A DNA stretch of 64,000 bases from Tubulanus polymorphus. Its lineage: Eukaryota > Animalia > Nemertea. The DNA is taken from assembly GCF_964204645.1 (NCBI RefSeq), contig NC_134028.1:1240001-1304000 (forward strand), read 5' to 3'. The position numbers and the translations under genes were made by a program. The notes under the pieces were generated by a model. That model searched no databases. It had not been told where the DNA came from and saw nothing but the letters and a program-made list of their open reading frames with translations. Numbering within the stretch: position 1 is the first letter of the stretch; each line of letters opens with the position of its first letter. Positions 1 through 13,373 of the stretch are shown here, one piece after another.

Positions 1-59
1 AATCATGCCTAACGACTGAGGGCACTTTTACGTCAAACCCATGGATTTAGGGGCATCTC

Positions 60-124
60 CAAGGGGCACAGACAAAGCTCGATGGTATTTCAGAACCCTC
101 GGAACCCCCCTAGATCGGCCCCTG
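60..124 (-). mobile_element. End of hAT-like MITE (CAGGGGC.GATCTAGG terminal motif)
   Basis: Minus strand reads CAGGGGCCGATCTAGGGGGGTTCCGAGG, the same terminal motif as the element at 38934-39195; the other end was not identified. Confidence 0.45.
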
Positions 125-3100
125 CAATTAGGGAAACTTTCAGTAACAATACTCTCAGAGATAGATCCACTATCACACCTGTAGCACAATACTGTGTCCC
201 TGCGTCTAAAGACTCCATATTCATTCCAACAGATGATGATTGGTTCACTAGAAACTTCATCAAATCTTATCCCGACCTTTTTACCTATAGTACCTTGAAC
301 TTCGAACAAACTATCATTATGTAAATATGTCGTTATTACAAGGTTCTTTTTTCCACTGGGTGTTTATTCAATAGAAAAATACTTGTGCAATGTTTACTTG
401 TTTTAACTGATGACACATTTCTGATTTGTGACACATTCTGATTCGTGTTTGTGTCATGAGCTTTCAAATCAGCCATGAAGTCATCATTACTTCATTACTA
501 ATTGTTTAAAACGGCAAAATGCTTTGATTTGCATGACAGTCACTTTTCATGTATGAACGAATCAAACTATTGGACATTTTGCTGATTCAGACTTCAAGTT
601 CAAGTTTCTGCTACTTATGAGTTTTTATGCATATCCAGAAAATGAATGTTTTGATCTATTTTTTAAGCGTAGCAACTTCTCGAATGTAGGAAACTGTCAA
701 AAGAGCCATCTTCAAATACGTATTATGAACAATCAGTCATAACAATGAAACCTAGTTTTTCTATAAGTGTTTTATCGGACATAAAAATACTTCTGAATTC
801 AGTCTTTGTTTGTCATTGGCACTAATAGCTGTCAATCATTAAAAGCCCACTCATAACAAGTTTATCTAATCTTGTCTATTTGAACGCTAGCTATGTAGAT
901 ATAATCTGACCACTTTCAGGGGTCACTATTCCACACAATATCCCTGTCTACAACTTCCTTTGATAATTTGACAAGAACAAATAGACTTTAGCCTAATATT
1001 CCTAGTCGTTAGTGTCAAATACATTGTATCGTGACATCTACGGTTAACAAGTAACGAATACATATATATATATATATATATATATATTATCAGGTTGTGA
1101 AATGATTTATACTGGAATTCAAATCAAAGAAATAATTCACCTCGGATTATAACACTGCAGATCATCTCAATATGTCAATCAATTATCAATATTCATTCAT
1201 CAACACGTTTAAATGTGATGCTGTTATTGATGGAAGGAATTATGAAGTCCAATATTTGATTAATGTATCAATGAAACAACCTATAATCAAGATGAAAAAT
1301 CTCTTCCTTCGTTTTAACACCTCCTTATATTGTTATTTGACCTCAGACATTTCTACGATCTTCCTGTTATTGCCCTATTAAATAAGCTTTCAAAATAATG
1401 AGCTTTCAGGTAATCAAATTCCGCAAGGATTAGCTAGAGATTATCCTAGACTTAGATCATCTCGTTTCTTCAATTGATCGCAAAGTGAATCTATTCTAAT
1501 TGCAAAGTCGATCTGAAAGGTAACCTGACAATCAATCAATAATGCAAATAATTTGATTACAAATGAACGCAAGTTATTTACGACGATTGAAAAATTATTG
1601 ATAAAAATCATATACCACCATCGGACCGCATCGTTTCCGGCGGAGACTGCCCGTGAGTCAGGGTGAAGGTCGCAGCAGTCTGATGAATGAACTAAAGTCC
1701 GACAGATCTGTGTGCGCGGAGAGTACAGAGAGGGATAATCAAAACAAAAATCACAACAATTTAACAGCTTACCGAATGTCCGTAGGCATCCGGTGAAATT
1801 AATCAAACACTTACCTATCAAACGATTTATAAATCCGATATCAGTCAATTCGCTTTAGAACGGAAGGAATTTAACTATTTCTTTTTTGCCACTTCTAATA
1901 AAAGCAAAGTAGAGTGAAGCCTGCACACATGTCTGTGTGTGAAAGCGGTATTGCCTACTTTGCTTTAATAGGGGAAGAAGGTGTTAGCGCCGTCGTCGTG
2001 TAAGTAGCCGAGCTAGCTATCGAGCGTATTGGACTCATCGCCGGCACCCGACTTGATGATGATGATCGCGCACACGCAGCTAGCGATAGATACTGAGTGA
2101 CACACAGACAGACTAAAATAACAATAGATACACTGTATCAATTAATAATAGATACACAGTACATCGTCTTTCACACTACGTTCATTAGACAAGTCTTTAT
2201 TCAATTCGAGTTCATCGAGTCAACATATCAACAAATACCGATTTATCTGATAGCTGTGACTGATCGATATATATCACCCTTATAAGGCACAACCACGGAA
2301 CCGCTTTCTAAGAAAAACACCTCAATTTGATATCTTTCCCTTGAATCACAACCCGAGCAATCTTTGCGAAGATTTTGTTATAGATGATAACCCGACCTTC
2401 TCTCGATTTTCAAATATCATTTTGCGAATAGTTGATGACTAATAAATGCAAGAATCTGAAATGATAAAAAGAAGAATTACATATTAGTATATACATATGA
2501 ATGTAGCAGTGATGAGTTTAAAGTAAGCGGGATGTATATATCATTTATCTATTGATCGTGACCGATAAACTATATATGTAACAATTGGGTTTTTTCTTTC
2601 GGCTTCGTTATCAGATTAATACATAAAATACCTCAGCAAATAAACACGCATATTATGACCTAGATGGTAATTATGACTTCATCGTCGACGACCGACCGTT
2701 TAGACATGTACAAAAATAGCAGTTCTCTCTCTTTCTCTCTCTCTCTCTCTCGTGATCGAGGCCAGGCCATCGGAAGTGATTTGATAGTAGCCTAGTCTCT
2801 GACAAATTAGTGATTACTACAGAATGAACGATATATATACACGAGAACTGATGCTCCCAGACATGACACAATAACATCATCCCCGGTAATGGTAATAATA
2901 ATACCTAGAATTCGAAACAAAAAAAAGAAGTAATTCAAAAATTAGACGGAAACATGGTTCGCTCATAAAAAACAATTAGTAACCGACAAAGCGATCATTA
3001 GTCGGATAAAAAACTGAACACATAATCATATTTCACACGTTCACTAATTTTGTCCGCAGAAAAAAGCAATTTTTTGCCAGTACAGATGAGAGATGAAGCA

Positions 3101-3814
3101 ACGTATATTCTATATTTGTTTGCTCTAATTAGTCCGACTTCATAGACTATGCTATTATCACCAGTCACCATTTCAGTATCAGGGATTCGACACTGATCCC
3201 TTGATATTAACTAACAAGAATTAACAAGTTGAAAACAACAACATTTATATCCAATCTATCACACATCCCTGGAAGTGCACGTCGTCATTATTTGATTGCC
3301 ATTCATAAAATAATGATGAGTGAATTATCTTGTAACTTAGTAGAACAAATAGAAGGCACTGAATCCACAGGCCTGCAGTTTGTTTAGGAGTGCTAATGAA
3401 CTGCCTAAAATCTGAAAATAAAATTTTGAAAAATGAACTTTAAGAAATCAAAAACATCTTGGACTTGTCCTCTGTACTCTCGGTCTGATAGGCCTACATA
3501 ATACATAGGACAGGCATTGAACTCTATAGGAAGCTTTGAACTATTGTTATCACCATCCCAATGCAATGTCTGTAACCTCGATAGCCATTTCTAAAATGTC
3601 CATCAAAAAAGTGCACATTTCAAACAAACATACAAACTGCCCTTCAAATCACTCGTGCGTTGATCAAATATTCAGCTAATCGTGATGATGTTTAGCTGTT
3701 AATAGCCACCATCTGACAAACAGAAAATTGACCACGATACTGGTAGCTATCATCCGAACACAGTTTACAAAAGTTTAGATTCATGAATGCTGTATGACTG
3801 TAGACAGAATTAAA

Positions 3815-3990
3815 TGTACAGCCTTGATACTGGACCCCGAGGACGTCCTAAAATCACATGGCATCGCAGTGTCAACAAATAAATGTCCGGACGCGGGTTG
3901 TGTCGGAATGACATCAACAAGATGGCCAAGAACAGACCAGGTTAGAGAGCTTCGAAAGCCACAACATGCATGAAGAGGACAAAGTAAGAT
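3815..3990 (+). mobile_element. Degenerate 3' fragment of RTE-clade non-LTR retrotransposon
   Basis: Translates to GRPKITWHRSVNK*MSGRGLCRNDINKMAKNRPG*RA followed by CATGAAGAGGAC (HEED) and AAAGTAAG; matches the GRPKxTW...MAxDRxxWR...HEED C-terminus and TAAG-type tail of RTE LINEs; internal stops. Confidence 0.65.
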
Positions 3991-4233
3991 TCATGAACTT
4001 CTGGGACCTGGCTGACAAAGTTTGAGTACCTTCACTTTCGATTCTTTAATCAAATCTAACTCTTAATTGTTGAACTGAGTGGGTAGAAATATCAAATAAA
4101 TTTGCCGATATCTTTAGTAGTTATCAACTAAGATATAATGGACCAGATATCAATTTGTAGAATACCTTCATACGAAAAGAATGAGTATCATTAGTTTTCA
4201 AATCAAAGAAAATGCTTGATATTTCAGAATATC

Positions 4234-4337
4234 TATAAAACATTCGCCGTTTGTTTATACAGAATGTAGAACATACTGAATACTTATAAAACATTCACCG
4301 TTTGTTTTTACAGAATGTCGAACATACTGAATACTTA
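4234..4337. repeat. Tandem duplication of about 51 bp
   Basis: TATAAAACATTCRCCGTTTGTTTWTACAGAATGTMGAACATACTGAATACT occurs twice back to back. Confidence 0.85.
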
Positions 4338-6888
4338 TCACTGATAGAATCATAGACACGTTGTTTAATAAACCAACTGCATCGAGACAAGCGTATTAAT
4401 ATCGAAGCGAAGCTCTTTTTTAAGCTGGCTTAACTAATAACAGCCCTCGTCGCCGCCATCTTATGACAAACCAACCAACGAAACCTCATCAACGTAACTC
4501 TTCAGGCAGATGACTCTACAGGGAATCAACAAACTCTGAATTCACTGAAAATAACTGACAGAAAATATCAGAGCACAAACAACCACATGAGACGATTGAG
4601 GTGACAACATTCTTATCGAGACACAGAAACTTCATTCATCTATATCCAGTAATTAAACTCCAAAATTTTTGACGAGGCAAATTCTTAATTAATGTATTTT
4701 AATTTCTAACCCTCAGAATAACCACGGTCTTATAGAAAATCCCACGCGGTCAGAGAGAAGGTTTCCTTTGATAAATGTTTCCTTTTTCAACATTTCAAAT
4801 ATATCCTAATGTTAGAGGTACGCAGAGCGAGATGTCGTATCTAATCATTAAAACATGTTCTCATCAATACTTTATCAATTGTTATTCATGATTTTACATC
4901 TATAACAGCCTTACACTTAATATCAACAACAAATTTGATGGAACAATTTTTTCAGTTTTTAATTTTGTGAAAGAAAGCTTTCACTTCCAATTCAAGCAGT
5001 AGTTTAGTCATAATTCAATAAGGGCTGCCCCGACATGACGCAACTTAAACAGAGTATCACATTTTTCAAGTCAAGGAGGGTGAAATTTTTCCGAACTGGC
5101 GTCAATGCGTAATTCAAGTCATCAGCGTCATCGGATGATGCTACAGAACGAACGAACGACGACGTAGACTCTTTTGTGAGTTGAACCGATGGATGCGATC
5201 GCCAAGCGATGAATTAATTACAACCATCGCAAAATCAATAAACGGATTTACTGTTGATAAAGTTATTACTGCATCAGCAAGCGAGAGAGAGCAGGGAGCG
5301 AGGAGCAGTGAGAGGAAGAGAGAGGACACCCGACAATAATGACGACGATAGATGCAATGTGGTATTGGTGTTGTATAGATGAATCGTACAATAACTAACA
5401 TCAGACTCGAGCAAGAATTAAAATGATTATACCTCAACTAATCAATAATCAGTGTATTAGACACATCGGGAGGTTATTCATGTGTATTCCATGGCATCAA
5501 ATTTCTCAGTCAACTTATAATACCACGTATATTCTATATACGTATAGAATAGTGATGGACATTCGCAATCAAACTAGCAAATAAAATCATACCTTACCGT
5601 AATTGATTCGTAGGAAAAGAGAATTTATCGATTTTTCACTTTTTCTAGCACAGAAGGTTCAATTTACCTCAATTTAATGTTTGCCTTTATTTGTTTGCCC
5701 CATGTTGCGTCGTGGCCCGATCCTCCAATAGTGAACACTTTTTGCTCGGTCCCACAGGAGTTCGCTATAAAGAGGTTTTACTGTATTAAACTGGAATCAT
5801 TAAATGGATATGAACCACTCCCTGGGACGAGAAACTGGGCCTACTTTCAAAACAAGTTTGTTAAACAAAATAGAATGAAGCAGTTATCGGAAAAGGTCAC
5901 TCATTAATTTCAAAATAGCTGAACGTCGAAAAACTAATCCTCGATATGAACTTAATCTCAAAGTTGAGATATCAATTTCTCAATCATTAGATCGGAATGT
6001 TGTGTATCACCAACAATAAACAGATATCAACCTAGAAAATGAATTTTCCTGATGGTTACAATAAATAAATACAATATCTAGTATTTGCTATTTATAAAAT
6101 GAAAAACCTTGTATCGACACTTCATAGTTCAATTCATTTATGTTTTTAAATTACTTTCAAAAATAATAAAAGGATTTGGTAAACGCTTATGGATTGTTGT
6201 CACCACTTATCAATGCATTATTAGACTCTAGTAACTGATAAGGCACTTACGCCGCAATCATCAAAACAGGTATCGAATAAGCCAGTTCACGATTACACCA
6301 CTAGGGGCAGCAGTGTATAGCGATAGGTGCCTGGGACGGAAAGTTTGTTCACATGCCTTCCGGCAAGTGATTTGTCAGCCTAGATTTCACCAGTAAGAAC
6401 TGACACAAACAGAATTTTTATCGTATCTCTTGTTCTCTTGTCGACGAAGCTCTCATATCATATTATATCATATCATATCATATCATGGAGAAAGTTCGTT
6501 TATTACTAAAGCAACAACTTGGAATCATTCTATTGAAGTTACAAAAGGCAAATAAATTCCATTTTTTTCTTATTTGTCGATATTCACCATAATTTCTCAT
6601 AGTTTATCAATAATTTTCATTTTTTATGTTATAGTTTTGGCGAAACGATGACTTTGTTGGTTTGAAAGTGAAATAAAGAGTTGTGCCTATTTGACAAGAG
6701 AAATGGGTTTGTGATCGAGAAAGAAGACCTGTTTTACTATATTTTCTTTGACAATAAAGTTTCTATTATTGTTGAGAGAATGATTGCTGGTATTCTTAAT
6801 GAATTGAGCCAACAAGCCTGACTCGTCGCCGCAACCAAACGGTCACTAGACTGACCAGACAAACTTACAAACTTCACCGATTACCAAG

Positions 6889-7012
6889 AGATCGGTGGTC
6901 TAGTGGTTAGAGTGCCGAGCTGGCAGGCAAGAGGTTCTTGGTTCAAGTCTCTGAAGGGCTAGGGTTAGGGTTATTAACCAGTTCGGTCAGGGTTAGGGTC
7001 AGAGATAAGGTT
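6889..7012 (+). mobile_element. tRNA-derived SINE-like head followed by degenerate TTAGGG repeats
   Basis: Box A TGGTCTAGTGG (6896-6906) and box B GGTTCAAGTC (6940-6949) at tRNA spacing; acceptor and anticodon stems do not pair; followed by CTAGGGTTAGGGTT and CAGGGTTAGGGTC. Confidence 0.6.
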
Positions 7013-7659
7013 ATGATACAGGAATAGGCATGGACATTTTTGAAACTTTTCCATGCTTAATGCTTTGTGCTATTTAACAATAGCATTTGAGTTCCCAATC
7101 CTTTTCTTGTGTTCTAGTTTTACCAGAGTCCTTTTTTCGTGGAAGTTTTTTTAAATTCAGGGATCTCTGCAGTTCGAAGATTGTAACTGAAATCATGGTA
7201 TTTAGAGGAATTTCCGATGTCGTTTTATTTTTCTACCTAATTTCACATGACGTGTCCAGTTTGTAAACAGGCGCATCAACAAACAGATAAACAATACCAC
7301 GACCTGTGATTCACATTTGGTCAATCAGCCATTTTCACCACCATATAAACGACCGACCGACCCTTGGCATTTGATCAGCTATCTCGAGCATATTCACTAT
7401 CCTCTTTCTCTCTCCCACTCTCTAATAGCCTGTCATTTTTGTTTCACTGAATATACGAGCCACAAATCAAATGACATGGTATTCCGAGTCAACAAGCTAT
7501 ATGATGGATGATCATACCTCTCGCGTATGCGTGCTTGCGTGCGTGGCTGGAGTTTTCCACTCCTGTTGCCACAACCAACGACTTGTGTGTAGAAATTATT
7601 AAACCAAACCCTTTACTCTACTCCATCAATTTATATTGGCTTAATAGGGCATAGACAAA

Positions 7660-8135
7660 CAGGAGAAAGAGAGAGAGCAGAGGGTGAGAGCAAAGAGAAA
7701 AGGAGAAAGAGGAGAGAGGAAAGAGAGGAGTGAAAAGAGAGAGCAGAGAGAAAGAGGAATGAGGAGGCGAAAGATGCGAGAGCAGGAGAGAGTAAAGAGA
7801 AGAGAGTAGAGGAAAGAAGAGAAAGAAAAGAGAGGAGAGGAGAGAAAAAAGAGAGAGAGCAGAGAGAAAGAGGAGTGAGGAGAGATGAAAGAGGCAAGAG
7901 CAGGAGAGATAAAAGAGCGGAGGGAGGGAGGGAGGGAGGGAGGGAGGGAGGGAGGGAGGGAGGGAGGGAGGGAGGGAGGGAGGGAGGGAGGGAGGGAGGG
8001 AGGGAGCAGAGAGATGAAAGAGGAGTGAGGAGAGAGATGAAAGAGGCGAGAGGAGGAGAGAGGAAAGAGCAGAGGAGCAGAGAGAGAGAGCAGAGGAGCA
8101 GAGAGAGAGCAGAGGAGAAAGGAGAAAAGGAGAGA
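7660..8135. repeat. Polypurine GA-rich low-complexity tract with (GGGA)n core
   Basis: Nearly pure A/G for about 475 bp; about 21 AGGG units at 7921-8004; the block AAAGAGGAGTGAGGAGAGATGAAAGAGGC is repeated on either side of the core. Confidence 0.95.
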
Positions 8136-11100
8136 TACAGCCTCATGCGCGTCACTCACAAGATCTATTTCCGTTTTCATTTATTTGAATCCTTATTGAA
8201 AAAAACAAACCGGAAACCAAAAATGTAGAAGTAGTGATTGTTTTGTGGCTTTTAGATCAAGTCCCACAGAGCAGGACAACTTTTTACTTCACTAAAATAA
8301 GGTCAATAAATTCATAATAATTATCACGGTAAATATCATCGTCTTCGATTGTAGACATAAATCAGCGCGGTTGATGTTGCACTCGTGCGCGACAGATTAG
8401 CTATTTATCATCACTAGTTCCTAAATGTATCAGGCGCTGTACGGCGCGCGCACTAACGGACAACACTTGTCGTTAGGATGTATCGCGCGCGGTATCAACC
8501 GACCTGAAGTATCCACGTCTCATCTCCGACGCCGCCGCAGCACAACAAAAGAACGAGCTAATTCGCTATGCGGATCATGCGCGCGGACTTCGGCAAAAAT
8601 AATTAAGCTATCAGCGTCCGGTATTGTTGAAGTCGATGCAAGAGACTGAAAATGAATAACACGATGACGACGATGGACGATGTGTTAGTGTTAGACACCG
8701 TGTATCGGTCGGTCCCCGTGACTTGACTCAATCCCTTCTTCCATCCGTTATCTGTGTCTCAATCCCTGTATATATATAACATAGAACAAGATCGCTTAAA
8801 CCTTTTTGTTCGGGGCCAAATTAGCCCGAGCCATCCAAATTTGGCTAGACCAAACCCGTGCCAAATTTTAGAGGTCCAAGAGCCATTTTCCGCTGTATTC
8901 TGGCACTTAAGGAGTTATACAGCCTGGATCTGTTCTAATATCATTTAGATTCATAGTTGAATTTTCATTAAGCCGAAACATCGAAGCTAAATTTGACTTT
9001 AAATCATTTTAAAACTGTAACACCGATTGCGTTACTCAGAGAGACAGAGTCTACTCATCTCATAATCATAGCACGACTATTCAAATTGACTGAATCATAA
9101 AACTTAAAGACAGCAGCAGCAGCAGCAGCAGCGGCAGCGGGCCGGTATATTAATCTGGTGGCAGGCGGCGCCGACGGTGAGGATGAGGTACTCAAAAACA
9201 CAGCTTAATTAAACTGCTAATAGCCGCGTACAATAGCAGATGATATTACAATAGAGTGATTCACCGGGGGGTGACGGCATCGACCGATTCAGGAATCGAC
9301 GATGACAGACGCGGTAGTTAGGTGTGCGTTGACAATAGATAGATTCTCGATTCATTTTATTGACTCATCAGCGCTATCCGAACAATAATTACACCGTATC
9401 TATGCCTTAGTTACTAACTCGCAGTCGAGCGCAGCACCACCACCAGCTATCGAGTTTCAGATTGATTTGTGTCGCCACATATTGTTAATACGTTAAACTG
9501 AAGTTTTCATGACGCGCTAATCAGGATTTATCAGGAGTTATCCGATGATAGTTCATGTGACATTGAAAATGAGACGGCTTATAAAAGGTCATGCGAACGA
9601 ACGCGCTCATGAGAATTATGTCGATAATTGAAAAATTATACATCTTTGACATACTGATGAAATGTTCAAATACCAATCTTTCTTCACAAAGAAAATGTGT
9701 TATATATTTCCAAAACTCATTTCATTAATAAATAAATGTAGAAATTCGTCTATATTTACACTAATAATTCAACAATTCTATGTTTGATTCAACAATGTTA
9801 TCAGTTATCGTTTAATTCAAAAATTCTTCGTGAATTCATTTGTCGTTTTATCGCAAATTCTTAGAAACATATTTTCGACGATTCAATCGAATGTAAATTC
9901 TGTTCAGACGTTTAAAAATTTAAAAAATGTCAAAAAATAATTTCCCAGACCGAAAGCACAAAGGGCGAATATTTCCCACATTATCCGTGTAAGAAAACAC
10001 CGCGCGAAGAAAGACGGCTATCATTACAATGTTAGCGTAAGAAATCTTTCCATGAAAAAAAGAATTCATTTGACAAAGAAATCGCGACGATTTGGATTAA
10101 GTCGCGCGATAGCCTACGGTACGAGAGACTCGAATACAAGGCCGTCTACAGAAAGTGAGAAAAACAAAATAAACCTAAATTCAAACCAGACACAAAAGCT
10201 TTTCAAACGCAAAGTTTTTTGCCCATTTTGAAAGCGCTATCGATAACAGCTACTTTCATAGACAATCCTAAATATCACTGATTCGTGTTAGTACCCGATA
10301 TTACACCTAGATGGCGACACTGAACAGGCTGTAAGTGTCGAGAGCAAACAGAATTAATTTGCGATATCTCGTAGTTGACCGATCAGTCACTAAATGATGT
10401 CTTAACATCAGCTGTAAACTGGATGAATAAACATCGCAGGGAGGGAGGGGAGGAGGGGGAGGAGGGGAGGGGGAGGGAGAGCAGTGACTCAACTACTTTA
10501 AGAGCATACGTGACAAATGTCAGCAATCATAGATTCTCACATAAAAACATAAGTACAGCTCCACCAACTCAGCAAGTTTGCCTTCAATAACCTCACCAGT
10601 TTATGAGTATATAACATCTACAGTGAGACCTCATCAACAGTGAGACCAATATCCTCACAGAGACCCTCCTCCTCACAGAGACCCTCGTCCTCACTAAGAT
10701 CCCCGTCTTTACAGAGACCCTCGTCCTCACTAAGACTTCCATCTGATAAAACAAGATCAATGAAGTTAGTAAGAAAGTAAAATCCACTAAATCCTATCAA
10801 TCCCGGAAACCAATGAAATTGACTGAGGAAAAAACTGGAATTAGAAATGGTATTAACTTCAGAACCAGTGCATAAATATACAGTCTACATCTAGATAACA
10901 TCAAGACATCTAGATTCATTTCACAGGTTTCAGTCAAAATTCACTTTTTCACATTTCGAGACTCTTCAAAATCAAACACGAAGAAACCACTCTATTGAGG
11001 TTGAAATAAAAGCAACTCGACCATCAACTCTACCATCAAGCAGGAAACTTATAAAAAAGATATCTGAAATTACAAAATTAAGGGAAATCGAAATTTTATA

Positions 11101-13079
11101 TTCTATCTCACCTTTTTAAATAGATTCATATATAGAGAGATTTCCACTGATGACGTGACTGTTAGTAGCTTTATATTTTCTTTTCGCTATTATTTTCTAC
11201 TAATGAACCTGAAAATGTGAAGTAGAACAAAGTGAGAAATCACTGATTAATTCATTTGATTCTACCATTCGTACCTTCCCACTTAATCAACAATGAAAAC
11301 AGAAGAAATATGATAATGTATTGTTATTCTTTTTCTTTAAATTTGAATTATAGCAAGGGAGTTTGAAAAGTGGTGTTTTGCAGACGGTAAGTTATCTGCT
11401 AGTCGTTGTAATGCTAGCACATATTGGTACTGCTCTGATAGTATAGATGTCAGGGCTGATTCACCGGAAATTGAGTGGGTCGAAGTGGATAGATGGCGGT
11501 TATATTTCTATCAACTATCTCGATTTGAATAATAATATAAGATACAATGTAGTTTGAAATGTTAAAGATTCATTCTATTAGCCAGATTGATTCAATTAGG
11601 ATAATTACATATTAGATCCCTCCATAAATAGCATATTGCAAACAGTTAATAACTCATGATTTTTAAATGTTTCTTATTTTTACTTTTTGTTTATAATTTC
11701 ATATTTCAGAGGGACTTACTTTCCGGTAACATGTAGATAGTTAGAGTGAAATAAATGATTGTATCACATAACAAAATAGATTATAGTTTGAACAGTACTA
11801 CTGCATTATTAGATTGCAGCAATGATTGAAATATCTTCCCTTACTGAGGAGAAAAATGTATTTTATGTTAAATTTCAGATAACTAATGATAGATACAAAG
11901 ATATCCCTAGTTTTCTATTCAATTAAATCATATTTAGGCATACAATTTAGCATTCGGAGAAATGAAATGGAATTGAAACCACATTTTAAATCTAAAAGGG
12001 GCAGTTCAATTAGAGCAAGTTCTAAAGATATCACAGGTCTCTAAAACCAAACAGTCAGGATAAGTGGTCACCTAGTATAAGCAAGTAAACCACATTGACC
12101 AATATCCAATAGTTTGACCAGGCCAAACCTAGGGTTTATATTATCAAAAATATTATATAACCCTATGACTAAGTTTTGACTGTAGGGCATACCGGGGACT
12201 TGGAGTTATCAAGACTTATGAACAGATATTCACTCTTTAAAACTGATCCTGTGTAAGTTTATGGTATGAAGATTTTTTTTTTTAAATCTATTTGACTAAA
12301 AAAATGTAGGCCAGGACCTACAGCGCTACTGGCTTCGCCAATGGAAGTCTATTAAGTCCATCCATATTAGAATTTTCAAGGTAGGCCCTAATTAGATCTT
12401 AATTAAAAATAGATCCAAAAAAACTGGGGACCGGGTAGGCTTAGAGGCTTTAAACAGTCTAAAACACTTCGCCATGTGACCCTTTTTTACTGTTGTTCCA
12501 TCTTTTGAACCGTATTACACTTAGACTCGCGGAGCTTAATAGGCTTAGTTGAAACCACTAGACAGGATTTTAATTAATAAATGCATTTATTTCGTTTAAA
12601 CTCATCCACCTTCCTTCTTTCATTGTGCTTTCATTTTCGCTTCCTAAGTTCTGCCGACCTCCTCTTCACATTGCTTGTCTTGTCGGAGGGCTAATGAGTT
12701 GCGGGTCAACTCATTTAACAGCTCTACATCTTATACTATGTATCTTAGTCTTCAATCAAGATTTAACGCGAACGAATCAAATTCTCTGACTGAATTAACA
12801 GAGAAGTCTCGCCATAGCATCCACCAGCGAGCACGTGCACACTTCGGGACGTACAACAATATGCCGTGGCGATAATGGCGCGCGGCAGTACAGTATCCAC
12901 CTCACTTGCCTGTGGTGGCAAGCGCTCGATCTGAAATTTGTAACTCATTTCAAACAATGTATTAGATTAAGCTGTTAATGATACATTGTATATGATTTTC
13001 AGAGACGACCAAAGTCTTTTATTCACCATCGTACCCCGAAAATCAGTCAATGAAGATAGATTTATGTCTTGATGTGAGG

Positions 13080-13373
13080 CCAGGGCCGTCGGAACGGGGG
13101 CGGCTTTAGGGGTGGCCAAAGCCGCCCCACTTTCTTGCTTAACAAAAATTGAAAATTTTTAGGGCTAATTTTCAGGGCTACGCTGTCCCACGTAGCAGCT
13201 CGTCGTTCTTAGGTGGTTGGCTCACGACTTCTCAGGCTTTCTGTGAATGAGACCATGAAATGGCCCCAAAACGCATCTCCAGCGATTGGATTTTCAAAAT
13301 TTTTCAGGGGAGGGCCCAAGACTCCCCTTCAGAAATAAGCCTCGCCATTGAAAGATTCCTTCCGACGGGTCTG
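13080..13373. mobile_element. hAT-like MITE
   Basis: Imperfect TIRs CAGGGCCGTCGGAA / TTCCGACGGGTCTG; flanked by a near-identical 8-mer ATGTGAGG / AGGTGAGG (putative TSD). Confidence 0.7.

Noticed and set aside
1901-1966. SECIS element, hammerhead ribozyme or pre-miRNA
   Set aside because: No apical AA or 11-12 bp helix II, no CUGANGA core, and the central stem is too interrupted; no in-frame UGA gene nearby.
6889-6960. Functional tRNA gene
   Set aside because: Promoter boxes are present but the acceptor and anticodon stems do not pair.
7631-8228. Leu/Ser/Pro-rich and Arg/Glu/Gly-rich ORFs
   Set aside because: Translations of the GA-rich low-complexity tract.
12836-12842. Metal response element TGCACAC upstream of the PLAC8-like gene
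   Set aside because: A single 7-mer about 1.5 kb away, expected by chance.
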